A DNA stretch of 51,054 bases from Pseudovirgaria hyperparasitica. Its lineage: Eukaryota. The translations under genes and the position numbers were made by a program. The notes under the pieces were generated by a model. The model was not told the origin of the DNA. It made no database searches and saw only the letters and a program-made list of their open reading frames with translations. The stretch lies in NCBI GenBank assembly GCA_010093815.1, contig ML996571.1; one strand, 5' to 3'. Of this stretch, positions 11,592 through 25,069 are shown one piece after another (position 1 is the first letter of the stretch; each line of letters opens with the position of its first letter).

Positions 11592-13697
11592 CTACGGTTT
11601 CGGTCGAGGCCCAATAATCTGCCTCCTCCCTCCAAATCCAATCCCGGACCCAACCTTGTTTTGACTATCTCCACCTGTGAAGCCATACATATTGACGTCC
11701 CACGATTGGCCTGGCCCGGCGCCTTCCTGCTCATCTCTCCTCATCCCCTTCTTCTCTTCCTGTGCATCCTCCCATTCCTTCTGTCGCTCGCGCTCGCGCT
11801 CCATCTCGCGTTCAAGCAGTGACTTTGACGCCCAGCCGCCAGCCTTAGTCTTCTGTTGTGCTTGCATGCGACGTTGAGACTCGAGCGCATTCTCGGCGGC
11901 GGACGAGAGGGCGTGGTCCGGAGCGGAGAATGTATCGGGCTTAGGTGCCACTGGGGCGGGATTGGAGGCAAGAAATTTTGATGTGCGATTTGCAGCAAAA
12001 GGCGAACGGGGTTGGGCTGGTGGCGGTTTATAGGTTGAGGGATCTGGAAGAGGGCGAGATGGTGATGGAGGTGAGGCTACGGTTGTTGCGGGTTCAGGGA
12101 GAGGGCGAACTGGAAGACTCGGAGGAGTTGAAGGTCTGGCAGGGGTGGGCTCGGGGAGTGGACGTTGTGGTTGCTTCTGTTGTTGCTCTGTCCATTGGTT
12201 GCGAAGATATTCCCTTTCGTCGCCAACCCAGGAAACGTCACTTTCGCGCGGTGATACAGTTCGCTCTTTCGCTGCAGGTTTGCTTCGTGATCGAGAGCGA
12301 GGGGTGGGTTCTACAGTTCTTTGAGTACGTCGATCGGCTCGCTCCTCACGTTCTGCGAGATACTGTCGTTCACGCTCTTTGGCTTCTTCTAGTTGGCGTT
12401 CGAGCTCTCGCACTCGGTCACGTTCGGCAGTTTGTACTGGATCCTCAGTGCTGTTCCGGCGACTACGCGGCTTGGATGACTGCTCTGCTTGGTATTGGCT
12501 AAGGAACTGGCCGTGGAGGTGTGCATCATTAGTGGCACGTTTCCTTTCTGTTTCCTTTTCTATGTCTCGTTGAGTTTCTTCTTCCTCACGCCGCCTTTGT
12601 TCTTCATCTGCTTTCCACCGTCTTTCTTGCTCCTCCCATTCTTTTTTCTGTGCATCTACGCGACGCTTCTCCTCCTCCTTGCGGCGCGCAGTCGTTTCTT
12701 CCCATCGCCTTTCTTCTTCTATGCGCTCTCGTTCCTCCTCCTCTGCTATCTCACGCCGTCTCCTACTCTCAGCCTCTTCAGCGAGCGCCTGTTGCCGTTG
12801 CTCCTCAGCTTCCCTGTCCTTCCTAATTTTCTCCTTTTCTGTTAGACTTGGAACTTTTGGACCCGGGGTGGTGATTTGCCGTCTCGCTCCGAATGAGATC
12901 CCTTGGTTACCCTGACTAGCACCGCCCATATAGCCATACTGGTGAATGTTCCAAGCTGGGGTTGTCGATTTCTCATCCGCCTTTTTGCTCCAGCTGCTCA
13001 CACCACCTGGTGGTGATCGCGTTTCATCTGTTGCTTTTGATGATGTAGACCCCCCAGTCCTCTGAGGTGTCACCGCTCTCTGCATCGGGTTGAAAGTGTT
13101 TGACCCGCCTCGATATGAGGTTGTACTCATGCTGCTTGCAGCACCTGCGCGGTTGGTATCGTAGCCACTGACTGTGTGATCACCAGTGGTCTTTGGACTC
13201 TGCATTCCTCCCGATTTCTTCGGCCCGATCGCATTGGGAAAGTTCCGGGGATTCAAGGAATTCGCAACCCGACTGAAAGCGCCAAGGCATTGTAGCACTT
13301 GCGCTGGATCTTTCGCTTCGTATAGGTCCACAGTGAGGAATCGATCATGAGCCGGGAGATTGAGGGGAGGTTGTTCGCAGGCTCGGAGGAAGTGAGATAT
13401 GTTCTCCATTTGTATAAAAGGCATTGGTGACTTCTTGTACTTTACGCCTGGAGCAGGGACAGCAAGGTTGATGAGTCTGATCAATTTCTGTCAGTGAAAG
13501 TGCCTAGCGCTTCAGTCATAGTCCGCTTACTTGCACAGTGCCGTGCCATCTTTCAGTGCCTCTAGTATATCTCCAGCAGGCAACCTCTCGCCCAATACTG
13601 ATTCTATCCATGTCCGTATTTCATTTGCCGCTTGTGGTGTATATCTACCGAGGCGCAGCTTCCTCATATCTTGGTCGAGAGAGGACACAGAAGCCAT
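11592..13697 (-). CDS. Calponin-homology (transgelin/Scp1-like) protein with coiled-coil and Pro-rich extension; exons 13697-13531, 13476-11592
   Basis: MASVSSLDQD..WIESVLGE..LKDGTALCK/LINL..FIQMENISHFL..DLYEAKD..QV is a CH domain. A calponin-like repeat (QYGYMGGASQGNQG) follows. Intron GTAAGC..CTGAC..CAG. Confidence 0.88.
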
Positions 13698-14124
13698 CTT
13701 GGCAAGCTCCCGAGAAGATCAAGGTTTTCGTAGGAAGTTCAAGAATGACGTGTGCGTTCGATTGCTGCTGGAGACTAGTAGAGTGCGCGCTCTGAACGTA
13801 ACATGTAGATAGTTACCATATGCATGGGTACCAAAGAGAAGAGAACAAAGAAATTACGTCCGTATAGGAGTAAGATCAAAATAAAGGGACAGTGGTCGGG
13901 ATATAAGATGTTGCGGAACGGAAGGTATGCGTATGCGGGGAGGCTAAAGTCAACCCTGCCTTCCTTCTGGCTCCCCAGCCACCGCTAGACTCTCTGAGCA
14001 GCCAGACGCCACACCTTTCGTCATCAATGCCGGCGCGTCCCTGACGTTTTGACGCGAGTGGGTCTGAAGAACTTTCGATATCATTGCGACGACGAAGCTT
14101 TAGGACGCCCTTGTTAAAAGCGTA

Positions 14125-14829
14125 ATGGCCTCTCCGCCGGGCGCTTTAAGGCAACTATGGTACAAATGGAAAAAGATCAAATTACCGTGGCGGAGGCAAA
14201 CGCTCGTCGGTACGTTCTTAGTCACCTCACCGTCGCGAATGAATAATCGTCTCGATATGACCTAGTACACCATCACTGACATATCACCAGGCTTCGATCT
14301 CGCGGGCAATACTTTCTGGGAGTTCAGAGATGTACTTCGATCTGGGCGTATGAGGCGTATAGCGAAATACCCATCCACAGCCTATCACAGCGACGTCAAA
14401 GTCACACCGCAATGGATGCAATGGTTACGGCACACTCGTGAAGACCCTCCTTCGCTTGAAGAACAACAGCAGGATGTCGTGCGACAGATACAGATGAGAC
14501 AGTTGGCCCAATTAGCCGATGAGCGATGGGCAGCGAAGCCATCGGCCTTGGATCGACCAGACACGCAACAGATGCCTGAATTGCAGTCTAGCAGTCCAGC
14601 AGACTACGGTGTACAAACAGAATCAGATAGCATAGAAGGTGTTACAAGCTCAGCAAGAACGACAGAGGATGGCACACGGAGTCGGAATGGAAACAATGTG
14701 GACGAAAGTAGCATCAAGGGGCCAGCAAAGGGGAAAGAATCGCCGTGGAACACACCGCAGACAAGCAACCCTGGCGATGATTTCCAGCCACAAGCATGGA
14801 CTCCAGGATCTGCGCAAAGAAGAGGTTGA
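14125..14829 (+). CDS. NDUFA12/NDUFAF2 (B17.2-like) complex I subunit or assembly factor; exons 14125-14209, 14291-14829
   Basis: The spliced product has LPWRRQTLVGFDLAGNTFWE..RMRRIAKY..PQWMQWLRHTR..PP, the NDUFA12 family signature. Intron GTACGT..CTGAC..CAG. Confidence 0.85.
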
Positions 14830-15089
14830 GTAGACCTATTGTACATCATGTGGTATTCTAATGACTTATCACGAAATGTGAACAAGACGCTATACCTCCG
14901 TGAATGATGAGACCGAGAGGATCAGTTATTCCTTTCCCCGAAAACTAAAAATGCTAGTAGGAGGTTCGGTCAGTTCTCTGCCCACACTACTCTTAAGATA
15001 TTTCACAGATCGCTTATGAAAGACTATAAATAGTCGAGAAATGTGCGCAAACAGCTATTGACCGCCCTATATAAGTCTTCTACCGCGTC

Positions 15090-15548
15090 CTAGCGCTTCC
15101 TGGTGTGAAAATGCTTTTTTTTGCGGGGATTGGCGCTTCGGCCTGACGAGCGCCAATCAAGACGTAACTGCGAAATATCGACGCTCACGAAGGACTTGGG
15201 CCCAGTCTCTACATATCGTGGAGCAGGTGCGTGTCGGTCACGTCTCCTGGTGGGACGATTCCCGTATGGCTCCGACACAGGCGGAGGAGGGGCCCCCTCT
15301 TGATAATGGTATGTTCCGTGCCGTTGTGGTGATTGACGTGGAGGATCTGGACAAGATGGTGCCTCTCCCGGGGAGGGTGGCAGCGACTCTAGTGTTCCAT
15401 CCCGGGATCTATTGGCATTGCGGTGTGCAGCCTCCACGCCCTGTTGGAAGGACCCCCCCTGACGGGAGTTTCTACGTCTATTTTGAGAGTGATCCTCGTA
15501 GGAAGTCGTGTGGTGTGAAACGGGTCTTCTATGGATTGGGAAGCACAT
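15090..15548 (-). CDS. Possible small low-complexity hypothetical protein
   Basis: 152-aa ORF with Pro/Arg/Gln-rich composition. The ATG start reads MCFP. No recognisable domain. Confidence 0.25.
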   Translation of the reverse strand: MCFPIHRRPVSHHTTSYEDHSQNRRRNSRQGGSFQQGVEAAHRNANRSRDGTLESLPPSPGEAPSCPDPPRQSPQRHGTYHYQEGAPPPPVSEPYGNRPTRRRDRHAPAPRYVETGPKSFVSVDISQLRLDWRSSGRSANPRKKKHFHTRKR

Positions 15549-15742
15549 TGACGTGGTGTCTTAGGATCGAGTAGTACGCGGTGTTGGCTGTCCTCGTTCA
15601 GCAATGTCTAAAGATGCTCTTCGAGCTCCAACGAGGGAAATGTGGGAGTGCCAGGTGGTGTAGTTTCTGAATTTTTTTTTGGATCTGGGGAAACATCTAT
15701 GGAAGTCCCGAGCAAGCCAATTTATATTGACTGCTGCTGTGG

Positions 15743-15814
15743 CAATGTCTCTCATGACAGCGATGTCTCTCCTGACAGGAATGTCTCTCCTGACAGCAAT
15801 GTCTCTCCTGACAA
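15743..15814. repeat. 18-bp minisatellite, 4 copies (consensus caatgtctctcctgacag)
   Basis: Units read directly at 15743, 15761, 15779 and 15797. Confidence 0.9.
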
Positions 15815-16513
15815 CGTATACATTCCTCACCTTCGACATTGTCATGAAGTTATGTTCTGAAGGAGCATGGCGCCTAATGAACCACAACAGGCCCGTACTG
15901 GAGGAGTCATTCGACAATTGTTGGCGATATGTGTTTGAGTGTGAAATCATCTGTGAAAGCTCTTCTCATACGGTCAAGTCCATTAAGTCATTTCATATCA
16001 GGCAGTCAAGCCCTTAAAATCTCCACATGCTGTTGATCGGCTAAGATCTTCTCGTCGACTTTCAATACCACGAGCACCATATTGATGCTCTGCATGGCCA
16101 ACATGATTGCTCTGTTCCAGTGCTCATCTAGGACTGCTATCTCTCATGACATGGAAATGAAAGGTTTCATCTGCCTTGATATTGATTCAGGTATGATTCC
16201 TAGTCATGTCGAAGCTACAATGTCGAACTGCCGTGACAATCAAACCCGGACAATTTCAAGTCTTCAACGTATGTGCTAGACCAAGACTCTGTAGACTAGG
16301 GCATAGTGTCGTGAGCTAATGACACTTCGCTGTGAGCAGGACCTAACCCTATCGCCATTGTTCATAAAATCTCCTGTCCCGTCATGCTGTAGAATTAGCT
16401 CCAAGTTCTATAAAAGGTATCGTACAGAAACGAATGATGACCGAAACGCTGTGCGATGTATGAAATTTTGCTCAAGATAGGCTGAAAAGTTGCTGCTATG
16501 ATCAACCAGCATG

Positions 16514-17344
16514 TCAAACACCTTGCCTAGGTTGCACCGGCTGCGAATACTCCGGCGCCGCACTCGCCTCATGCTCAACCGCCGGACTCTTGTACGCCGT
16601 CCCCGCATAATACTCTCCCGCAGCCCCATACACCGGCACCGGGTTCTGCTGCCCCAGCTCATGCCCGCCGGCACCGCCATAAGGTTCGTATGCCCCTGTC
16701 TGGTAAGGCTGCTGGCCCTGCTGGCCATGCATAAAGCCCTGACTTTGCCAACCCTGCGGCGCAGCCGGATTATGCGCTGGCTGGTACGCGCCCCTGAAAG
16801 CGCCCTTTTTCTGCTTCCGCTTTGTGATGATGGCGTATATTAGCATCAGGACGAAGAATGCTAGGACGATGATGGACCCGACAAGGCCGCCGGCGCCGGC
16901 GCCGCGCGTGGTATCCCAAATTTCAAGGCCGACCTGTACCATCCAGATGGTCGTTTGGATTGAGTTGACTACGACGAGCCATTTAGGGGTCAGGCTGTGG
17001 CGGAGGAATTTGATTACCGAGAGGATATCAAGGAGGAAGACGATGAGCATGATTAGGAAGAAGGCTACGGAGACACTGTATGTGGGATCAGTATGGCTTT
17101 TTCATGCTTCTTGAGATGTGGTGTGGCTTTACCCTAAGGCTACCTTCCAATTTACGTAGACTCCGTTTCCATTTATGTCGTCGCCGATGTAGCCGTCATC
17201 GTTTTGGCTTAGTTCGCGCGCTGATACAGAGAGGGCGATGATGGTTACGACTATGAGGATGCCGGTTATGACCATGCGGACAGCCCAGAGCGGGAGCAAA
17301 ATTCGCTTCATCCAAGGGGTGCCATCTTTTTGTAATGACGGCAT
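16514..17344 (-). CDS. Four-TM (MARVEL-like) membrane protein with Gln/Tyr/Pro-rich C-terminal tail; exons 17344-17133, 17075-16514
   Basis: Two ORFs joined by a GTAAAG..CTGAT..CAG intron; four hydrophobic segments; WMKRILLPLWAVRM start. The MARVEL assignment is an inference from topology. Confidence 0.75.
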
Positions 17345-18422
17345 GGTGGGTATGGATGGAAGAGCTCAGAAGTCATAACACAGCTTTTATCGTAAATCGC
17401 GCAGACTTCTAGGGTTGATAATGACAATGGAGCAGGAGAATAATCTGCAAAACGAGCGACGAAGACGAGATGTATATCAGCGGGCAGACAGACGAGCAGC
17501 GGTTGCTGAGAATGAGTTTTAGGCCCCCTCGGCCGTCGAGCTGTTGATCCCTCGCAGCCCCCAGTCGGCGCTAATGTGCCGTTGGATGCTGTAACATGGG
17601 GCTAATTCACACCAATCAGCATATTACACCACGCCTCATTTGTTGATTCTGGGGATCCAACAATGTATTGAGTTATAGGTGACCAGGACCAGGACACAAG
17701 AGTAGAAATTGACGATGACTTAGATAGGATACGGCTATATGCTCTGCGTGTTGACACTGATCAGATTCAGAATCTAGATGACTGAGCTATCTCGAACATC
17801 TCCTACGCCATCCACATGGTAATTAAATGACCCATCGATCGGACCCTGAGCTAATTATAATTATTAGTCGCCGTCGCGAAAAGTACATTATCAATTTGCC
17901 TTACGGTATTGTACAATGCTGAACACCAGCCACAGTCCAAAGAGCAACAGATTCGTCAAGAAACCGAGACTGCTTCGCTTTCGCTATTACCTTTGTACAT
18001 GGCACTACCGCTTGATTAAGACTCGATATTATATTCAATGGCAACATACTAGCCAAACAATGCGAGGACCGCAGTGGTGGAGAACAGCACAGCCACAAGT
18101 GGATCCTCCCCCAGCGCGTTTCCCTTAATCATCCGTGTGATTGATTAATTAGCATGCAAGGTGATTTTGATAATAGCTATCGAACACTAAAACAGCCAAT
18201 AATTCTGGGGCTCAGACATGTATCGCCAGTCAGTCCTACATCGTGATGCATACCAGTCTGTTTTCACAGTGAATAGTCGAAGCAAGGGGTAACTCATGGC
18301 ACTAAACGTTAGATTCCAATATTTAGTTGCCGCCCAAAAGTAGTTTCTGACGTTCCCCGCAAGAAGACATCTTGGTCTCGCATGACATGCTCGGTAACGT
18401 ATTCAGTGATTGTGGTGTCATC

Positions 18423-19436
18423 ATGTCCACTCAAGAACAAGCTCGTCAAGATGGAGATACATATGGTCTGCAGAGAAATACTCCATCTTCCATAAGGTAT
18501 GATATCGGCAGTGCTATACAGCTACCGCGTAGTACCGAGAGTTGTGCTGACTGAAAAGACTTAATGCACAACACTACATCTGGAAAGATGCCGTTGGAGG
18601 CAATCTTCATTCACGCATTGCTGTCAATAATGCCTCGACAACCCGTGTTGCTGATATTGGCACCGGTACCGGGTACGTATCTGCTTCCTCCCTGACCATA
18701 TGATACTGAGTAACGAATCAGCATATGGATGCATGACATGAAGCGGGAGTATCCTGCTATTCAGATCGACGGCTTCGACATATCTCTCGAGCAAGCACCA
18801 CATCCAGCATGGCTACCTCCTGATATCCGCCTACATAAGCTCGACGTCACAAAGGCGATTCCAGATGAGTTTTGCGAACAATTTGACATCATTCATCTCC
18901 GCTTGTTTCTTGCTGTCGTGCAGGACAATGACGCATCTCCAATAATCAGGAATCTGATATCGATGTTGAAGCCGGGAGGATGGCTTCAGTGGGCGGAGCA
19001 TCCATTTCAAGACCTCGGAGATGTGAGAGTCGAGGCGCCGTCTCCTGATGTATCGAGCACAGCCATGCAAGCCTACTTGGATCTTGCCCAAGCTGGCTCA
19101 GACAAAAAGTGAATCGTCTGGTCGTAGCAGAACTGAATGCACGCTGAACCTAACAGATGGGCTTGGGTCCCTAAACTACCGAGAACATTTAGTAGCCTTG
19201 GACTGATTGACGTCGAGTCCTCGAGTCCGCCATCAAAGCCGTATACGTGGTTGTATTCGACGCAACTCATCATGGGTGCTGTCCTCGAGATTTCCTACCA
19301 GATATTGGACAACAGTACTCCAGAATCGAAGGGTCCTGTCATGAGACGTATTATCGAAGCGGCATGCGGGGATATGAGAAATGGCGTGTACTTGACATAT
19401 TCGCCGTTGGTGGTCATCGGTAGAAAGAGATTATAG
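18423..19436 (+). CDS. Class I SAM-dependent methyltransferase (LaeA-like/Methyltransf_23 type); exons 18423-18496, 18559-18672, 18722-19108, 19157-19436
   Basis: RLNAQH, motif I VADIGTGTGIW, GFDIS, FDIIHLR, LKPGGWLQWAE; three GT-AG introns join the pieces in frame. Confidence 0.88.
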
Positions 19437-20020
19437 TCGACATGTACCTACTCAATGAAATATTCGGCCTAGAGATGTAGCTGTTGCGTGAACGTTCAAT
19501 CAGAAGAGTCTTTCAGAAATAGCCCTTTCGTGCTTATGCTTCTGCCAGGTGTATCCAATCTCTAGCTTCTTAACGACGTGTACGGTTCAGATCAATAAAG
19601 GCCAAAGAATCTATCTAAAAGGAGCCTCCATTCTTCTCCAAAGTGCTAATCACACTTGAAGAAATCCATGTGAGTTGGCGTGTACATGTACTGATCATGT
19701 ATTGAGCAGACATCAGAAGGAACACGGAGGACGCGACGACACGACGCGTGACCGACCAGGGTCATGTGCAGACTCGAAGTGGGGCAGTGTGGGGCAGATA
19801 AGGATAGCTTGCGGTTTAAATCCAAATAGGCAAGAAGTGTTCAGGAATAAGGGTCCACAGGCAGTTGTTTCAGCTCGCGTGTTGGCGCCCCTTCGCATGT
19901 GACTCGTGAGTCGTTATCGTGATCATGTATGTGCTCAACTGATTTGAATAACACATACATGATCCTCGTCCCCTGCTTCCAAACACAACACTCAAAGCCC
20001 TCCAACAACTGTACATCAGC

Positions 20021-21643
20021 ATGGGCTCTTCACAATCAAAGACCAGTGATGCTGCTATCCAAGAGAAGCTCATGGAGCGATTGCGAGCCCTCGAGGTAAA
20101 ACACGAGGCCAATGTGGTCAACGAGAAGGACGAGTTTGTCATGGTCAATGGAGAGCTTCGTAGGTACTCGTCAGCCAGAAGCAAAGAAGACTGCTAAGAT
20201 CCCATTTGCCAGCCCCCAAATACACCTCTACCAGACAAGATGTCTCGTTAGCAGCCGCCGAGGAATGGGAGAGAGAGCTGCTTGCTGATCCAAAGGTACG
20301 TCTATCAGTCGAGACAATGACGGCTCACACTTACCATTCTATAGAACCGATTAGCTCTCTCAGCCCTTACGTCGAACAGACTTCAAGACATCGTTCGCCA
20401 GAGAGGTGCAAAGATCGCCGATACCCAGACATTCAACATCCAGATCGACCTCGAAGGAGCTCCAGTAACCAACCAACGATCTTCGGGAAGATGCTGGATC
20501 TTCGCCTCCACAAACGTGTTCCGAGTAGCCATCATGAAGAAATATAAGCTGAAAGAATTTGAACTGTCTCAGTCATACCTTTTCTTCTGGGACAAGCTCG
20601 AGAAGGCCAACTACCTCCTAGAGAGCGTTTTGGAAACAATTGATGAGCCTCTGGACGGAAGAATGTTGCAAGCTCTACTCAGCTCTCCAGTTGGAGACGG
20701 TGGGCAGTGGGACATGCTTGCCAATCTTGTAAACAAGTATGGTCTCATCCCGCAGACATTATACCCAGACTCCTTCAACGCGCAATACTCCTCGGCCATG
20801 GACACTCTGATCACCACAAAGCTCCGCGAAGATGCCATTCGCCTCCGTAAATTAGCCTCCAAGGCATCAACCCGATCCGCCGTGGCCGCAACAAAGGAGA
20901 AGATGCTTCAGGAGATACACCTCATCCTCACCCTCATGCTTGGTCCTCCACCATCCGCGAATAAACCTTTCACATGGGAGTTCTACGACAGCGATGGCAA
21001 ATTTAATTCAATCAAGACGAGTCCTATGGCATTCGCGAAAGAGCTTTCAGACACTCGTACTGTCCGTGCCTGCGGAGGAATGGATGTGCACCGGCTTTTC
21101 AGCCTTGTGAACGATCCGCGAAACGAATACAATACCCACCTAAGTGTGCACCGTCTAGGAAACGTCTGGGAAGGACGTCCTATAAACTACGTCAATGTCT
21201 CAATGAAGACTATGAAAGATGCCGTGATTGCCACGCTCAAGAAAGACATTCCAGTTTTCTTCGGCTGTGACGTTGGCAAATACAGCGATTCCGCATCTGG
21301 CATCATGGATACCGATCTGTACGATTATGAGCTCGGCTTCAACATTCGCCTTGGCATGAACAAGGCTGAGAGGCTTCAGACTGGCGAGAGTGCCATGACC
21401 CATGCCATGGTCCTTACCGCTGTGCATGTGGTCGATGACAAGCCTGTGCGATGGCGTGTTCAAAACTCTTGGTCTGACAGTGCCGGTACGAAGGGCTTCT
21501 TTGTCATGAGCGACGCGTGGATGGACGAGTTTGTATATCAAGCTGTTGTCGACCCAAGCGTCGTCAGCGAGGAGATTCGCAAAGTTTTGAAGCAAGAGCC
21601 GAAGATGCTACCTCTTTGGGATCCTATGGGCGCTTTGGCATAA
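20021..21643 (+). CDS. LAP3: Bleomycin hydrolase / cysteine aminopeptidase (peptidase C1B); exons 20021-20159, 20213-20295, 20345-21643
   Basis: Catalytic motifs NQRSSGRCWIFA (Cys), MTHAM (His) and VQNSW (Asn), plus the C-terminus WDPMGALA. Confidence 0.93.
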
Positions 21644-23005
21644 GCAGGCATAGATGTTTGATTACTACTGTAATTTTGATGGTTCCTTGATACGATTAAT
21701 GATATCTTTGGCTTATGGCCTACGCACAGGGTCTTTCTATGAATGTCTCGATTACTAATCGTGCCTTTGAAGGATGAGTCGAAGACAGGGATACCGCACC
21801 AACCAACAGTAATTAGAGCTAAATCTTACTGTTTCCAGCTGATATGTCTATGGGCATGATACTACTTATTAATAGTAATGTAGATACACGGGTAACAGAG
21901 CTTTAATCCTAAAGGTTTGATCTGAAGGGTGTTCGACATCCCCGAGTCCTTCCATTACCTCGAATATGCTGACTAAGAACTTACAGCTATCTACCTATAT
22001 ATCATACCTGATGTTAAAGCTCTCGCTTCCAAAGATACACCTGTTTAAGCTAAATTTAGCATTATCGCCGATAAATCCAATAGCAGACTGTTCTCAATCT
22101 ATTGATACTTAGACCCTTTCTCTGGAGTCGAAAGAGCCTAGTTACAGTTCCCAAAAGTGCTTCCTGGTCGTAAGTGCTTTAGCTATCCTTTCCCCTTTCA
22201 GGCTTCAGGCTGTCCTTGATGATTAACAAGGATGAAGAAATGCTAGCTACGTCGAAGTACTGCTCTCAGTACACCTGTGTTCGAGATACCTCTATCAAGT
22301 ACCAAATACAGATGATGAGGAGAGGTCCTGATGATATTCCTCCACCCCGCTTATGTGGGCGAAAAGATGTGTGTGTAGGTAGCTTGCAATTTACGCAGAT
22401 TGTAACCCCTGGTCGGACATGGTCGACATTAAAATCTCCCATGTGAAGCAATCTGACTAATCTACTCAGCATACTAGTATGATCCAATGGCACGCTGTAT
22501 CTACTTATCGCAGCTAAGCCTTCAGTCACATGTTCCCAATTCCACGACAAGAGAAATAGACGTACCTTGCCGCCTTGTGAAAGGCAAGGGTTTTTGGAAT
22601 GAGCGGGGTAGTAATCTCTCTTTCTATTCACTCCAATTTTGGAAGAACCTCCGCAAAAACGGAAACAAAGGAAGTGAAGACTTGACTCTAGCCTGTACAC
22701 AATCAGAGATATCAATATGCAAGTATAGTAGAGGTTGACAAAGTTAACATCTATCTGACGAATAATCCAAGGTGCATCTTTCACACTGTGGTTACGGTCA
22801 CACCAGATGCTAGAGTTCCTGGCGGGTATCGAACACAAAGACTTAGACAGAAGGACGACTGCAGACGCACAGATTGCAAGACTTCGGATACCTACGTACC
22901 ACCGACGAACCCCTCATACAGCCCGTCATCCTCGGCGAACAATACATGAGATGGTCGAAGGAGGTTTCTTTGAGAACCGACACAAAAGACACGAGATTAC
23001 TGTCT

Positions 23006-23824
23006 CTACCCAGTCCTCTCGTCATGGGCAGGACTTGCTAGCTTCTCCATCCACGTTCGTATCTTTTCCAACGCAATGTGATCGTGTTCTTGCGCTGAAG
23101 TTGTGAACTCTTCGTCAATCCATCCAATCGTGCCCGCTGTGATAAGCTCATTCCCGAATGGCTGGCATGAGCCGTAGTCGATGAGAACGGGGTCATCGCT
23201 ATTGTCGATCATCACATTCATTGGCGTGAGGTCGTTGTGTGCTAGTCCAAGTTTATGAAGGTGGCAGACCGCAGATTCAATTTTACGCATGCAGTTCTTA
23301 ACGTCAAAGGGTTTCGCCTTAGGGCTGGGCTTTTCTAGTCGATAGTAGAGCGTATCCGGAAGGCGGTCCAGGACAAGGCTAACGATACGACCACGTTCGA
23401 TCAAACAGCCATGATACCTAATGATGTGTGGGTGTGGGTTACGTAGAAGAAGCTCCATTGTTTGGGCTTCGTATAGCACAAGTTTTGGTAATAGGCCTGT
23501 ACCTACGAAGGCTAAGCCTAGTTTTGGCTTCTTAAGGTAGAAGGTTTCATCGATCGGAAGTGAGAATACTGTGATGTTTGAAGGAGCTTCAGGATACACA
23601 TCCTCATCCGGGAGACGTTTAAGACTTTCTCTTATAATATCCAGTGTCAAATCGCGTTTTCGAACATCGGATTGACCGAAGTAGACTACCCACTCATCGG
23701 TTATGTAGCCGAAGGATGAATATACGAATACTTCATTGCCATTCTCGTCATCTTCCATTGTGAACGCTTCGTAGAGCGGGGAGAGGTCCCGAGACGAATA
23801 TATTGGCAGGTCTTCGTTGACCAT
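23006..23824 (-). CDS. Fungal orphan protein kinase-like protein
   Basis: FYLKKP (VAIK Lys), EAQTME, HPHIIRYHG, HNDLTPMNVMID, LIDYG, AGTIGW. Intronless. The start is taken at MVNEDLP; the ORF is open back to 24031. Confidence 0.8.
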   Translation of the reverse strand: MVNEDLPIYSSRDLSPLYEAFTMEDDENGNEVFVYSSFGYITDEWVVYFGQSDVRKRDLTLDIIRESLKRLPDEDVYPEAPSNITVFSLPIDETFYLKKPKLGLAFVGTGLLPKLVLYEAQTMELLLRNPHPHIIRYHGCLIERGRIVSLVLDRLPDTLYYRLEKPSPKAKPFDVKNCMRKIESAVCHLHKLGLAHNDLTPMNVMIDNSDDPVLIDYGSCQPFGNELITAGTIGWIDEEFTTSAQEHDHIALEKIRTWMEKLASPAHDERTG

Positions 23825-25069
23825 GGCTGAAATCTGCTTCGCTGTCGAAGTGAGGCTGCTGAAAGTGCTTGATATAGAAGTGGCATTTCTCATATAGGAG
23901 GAGTTGCGGGCAATCGTTCTGCCGGGTCCGGCCAACCCTGGCTGGTAGGACGAAGGTATTATCATTTTCATACAAGAAAGAGTGCGACTCACCATGAAAA
24001 GATTACTTGGTTTTCGTATACCAGGATGCATTCATCATGCTGTACTGACTTATGCGTTACGAGCGGAAACATCTGGCGGATTTTGCGGTAAGTTCTTCAT
24101 CAAAAGAAGAAATCCTGCGATCTCAGGGACCTGGAATGTATGGGTTCTTAGCATGACATGCGGCACAACATATATAGTGCGAGAATATATACGTGAGCGC
24201 TATCCCTCGGATCAATGATCTACTACGGCTAAAGAACAGCTCAAGTAACTAGCCAAGCAATCAATATGGCACTGTTTGACATATGCACATCGAAAAGCTA
24301 CAGGGATCAGGGTTGTCGACTTCAGTGGGTCTCCTGATGTTCCGGAACGCAGTGCGGTGGATCCATCCGCACCGAACGTTTACAAGAACAGCCCTTGGCT
24401 GTGATCTGTAAGCCCGTTCACGTATATGAACCCAGTATCTAGACCCCAGACGAGAGGTACTTGAGGTTCTGGATACCAGGGACTGCCGAGAATTCCGTGA
24501 CGCAATGACCGTTGTATGAAAACAAGACATGTATGATTAGCAAATCCGACCATATGTGATTTGCTCAGGGCTGTACATAACGACTGAATTAGCACAGTCA
24601 CTGTGCCGCTACAGAATCTGAAACACACAGCAATCTCATAGCCTTCCCATGCGCCGCATAGATACGCCGCAGACGCTCGCGCTTGATGTAATGCTGCACA
24701 AGTATCTATACCTAATTAATCAACCATCTGGAATTGTTATAACATCTACATCCTCCGAACAATATAGTACTGTACTGCATCAATAGCATCCGTGCTCTGC
24801 CCTGTAAATCGCAACACCTACGCCCGAGTCAAACACTGACAGCTTGTACGCCAAGAATGCTTCACTAAAAGGTATGCCGATCAGAATCTGAGAGTCAATA
24901 GACTTACAGTATACCCAAGTAGCATTCATCTACGTACATTGAGACCGCACCAAACATCACGCTGTTCTTGCCGTTTCCGCATCGCCACTTCATAAGGACT
25001 CAGGACGTCGAACTTCAGACCGTCTTCCTCCTAAAAGCCATCTCAAAACTAAGCCACAGATCCATCGCG

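Noticed and set aside
21700..22990. ORF 22266-22838 and neighbours as genes or a TE relic
   Set aside because: No recognisable motifs or codon bias. The stretch is mildly AT-rich and may be a decayed sequence, but I cannot assign it.
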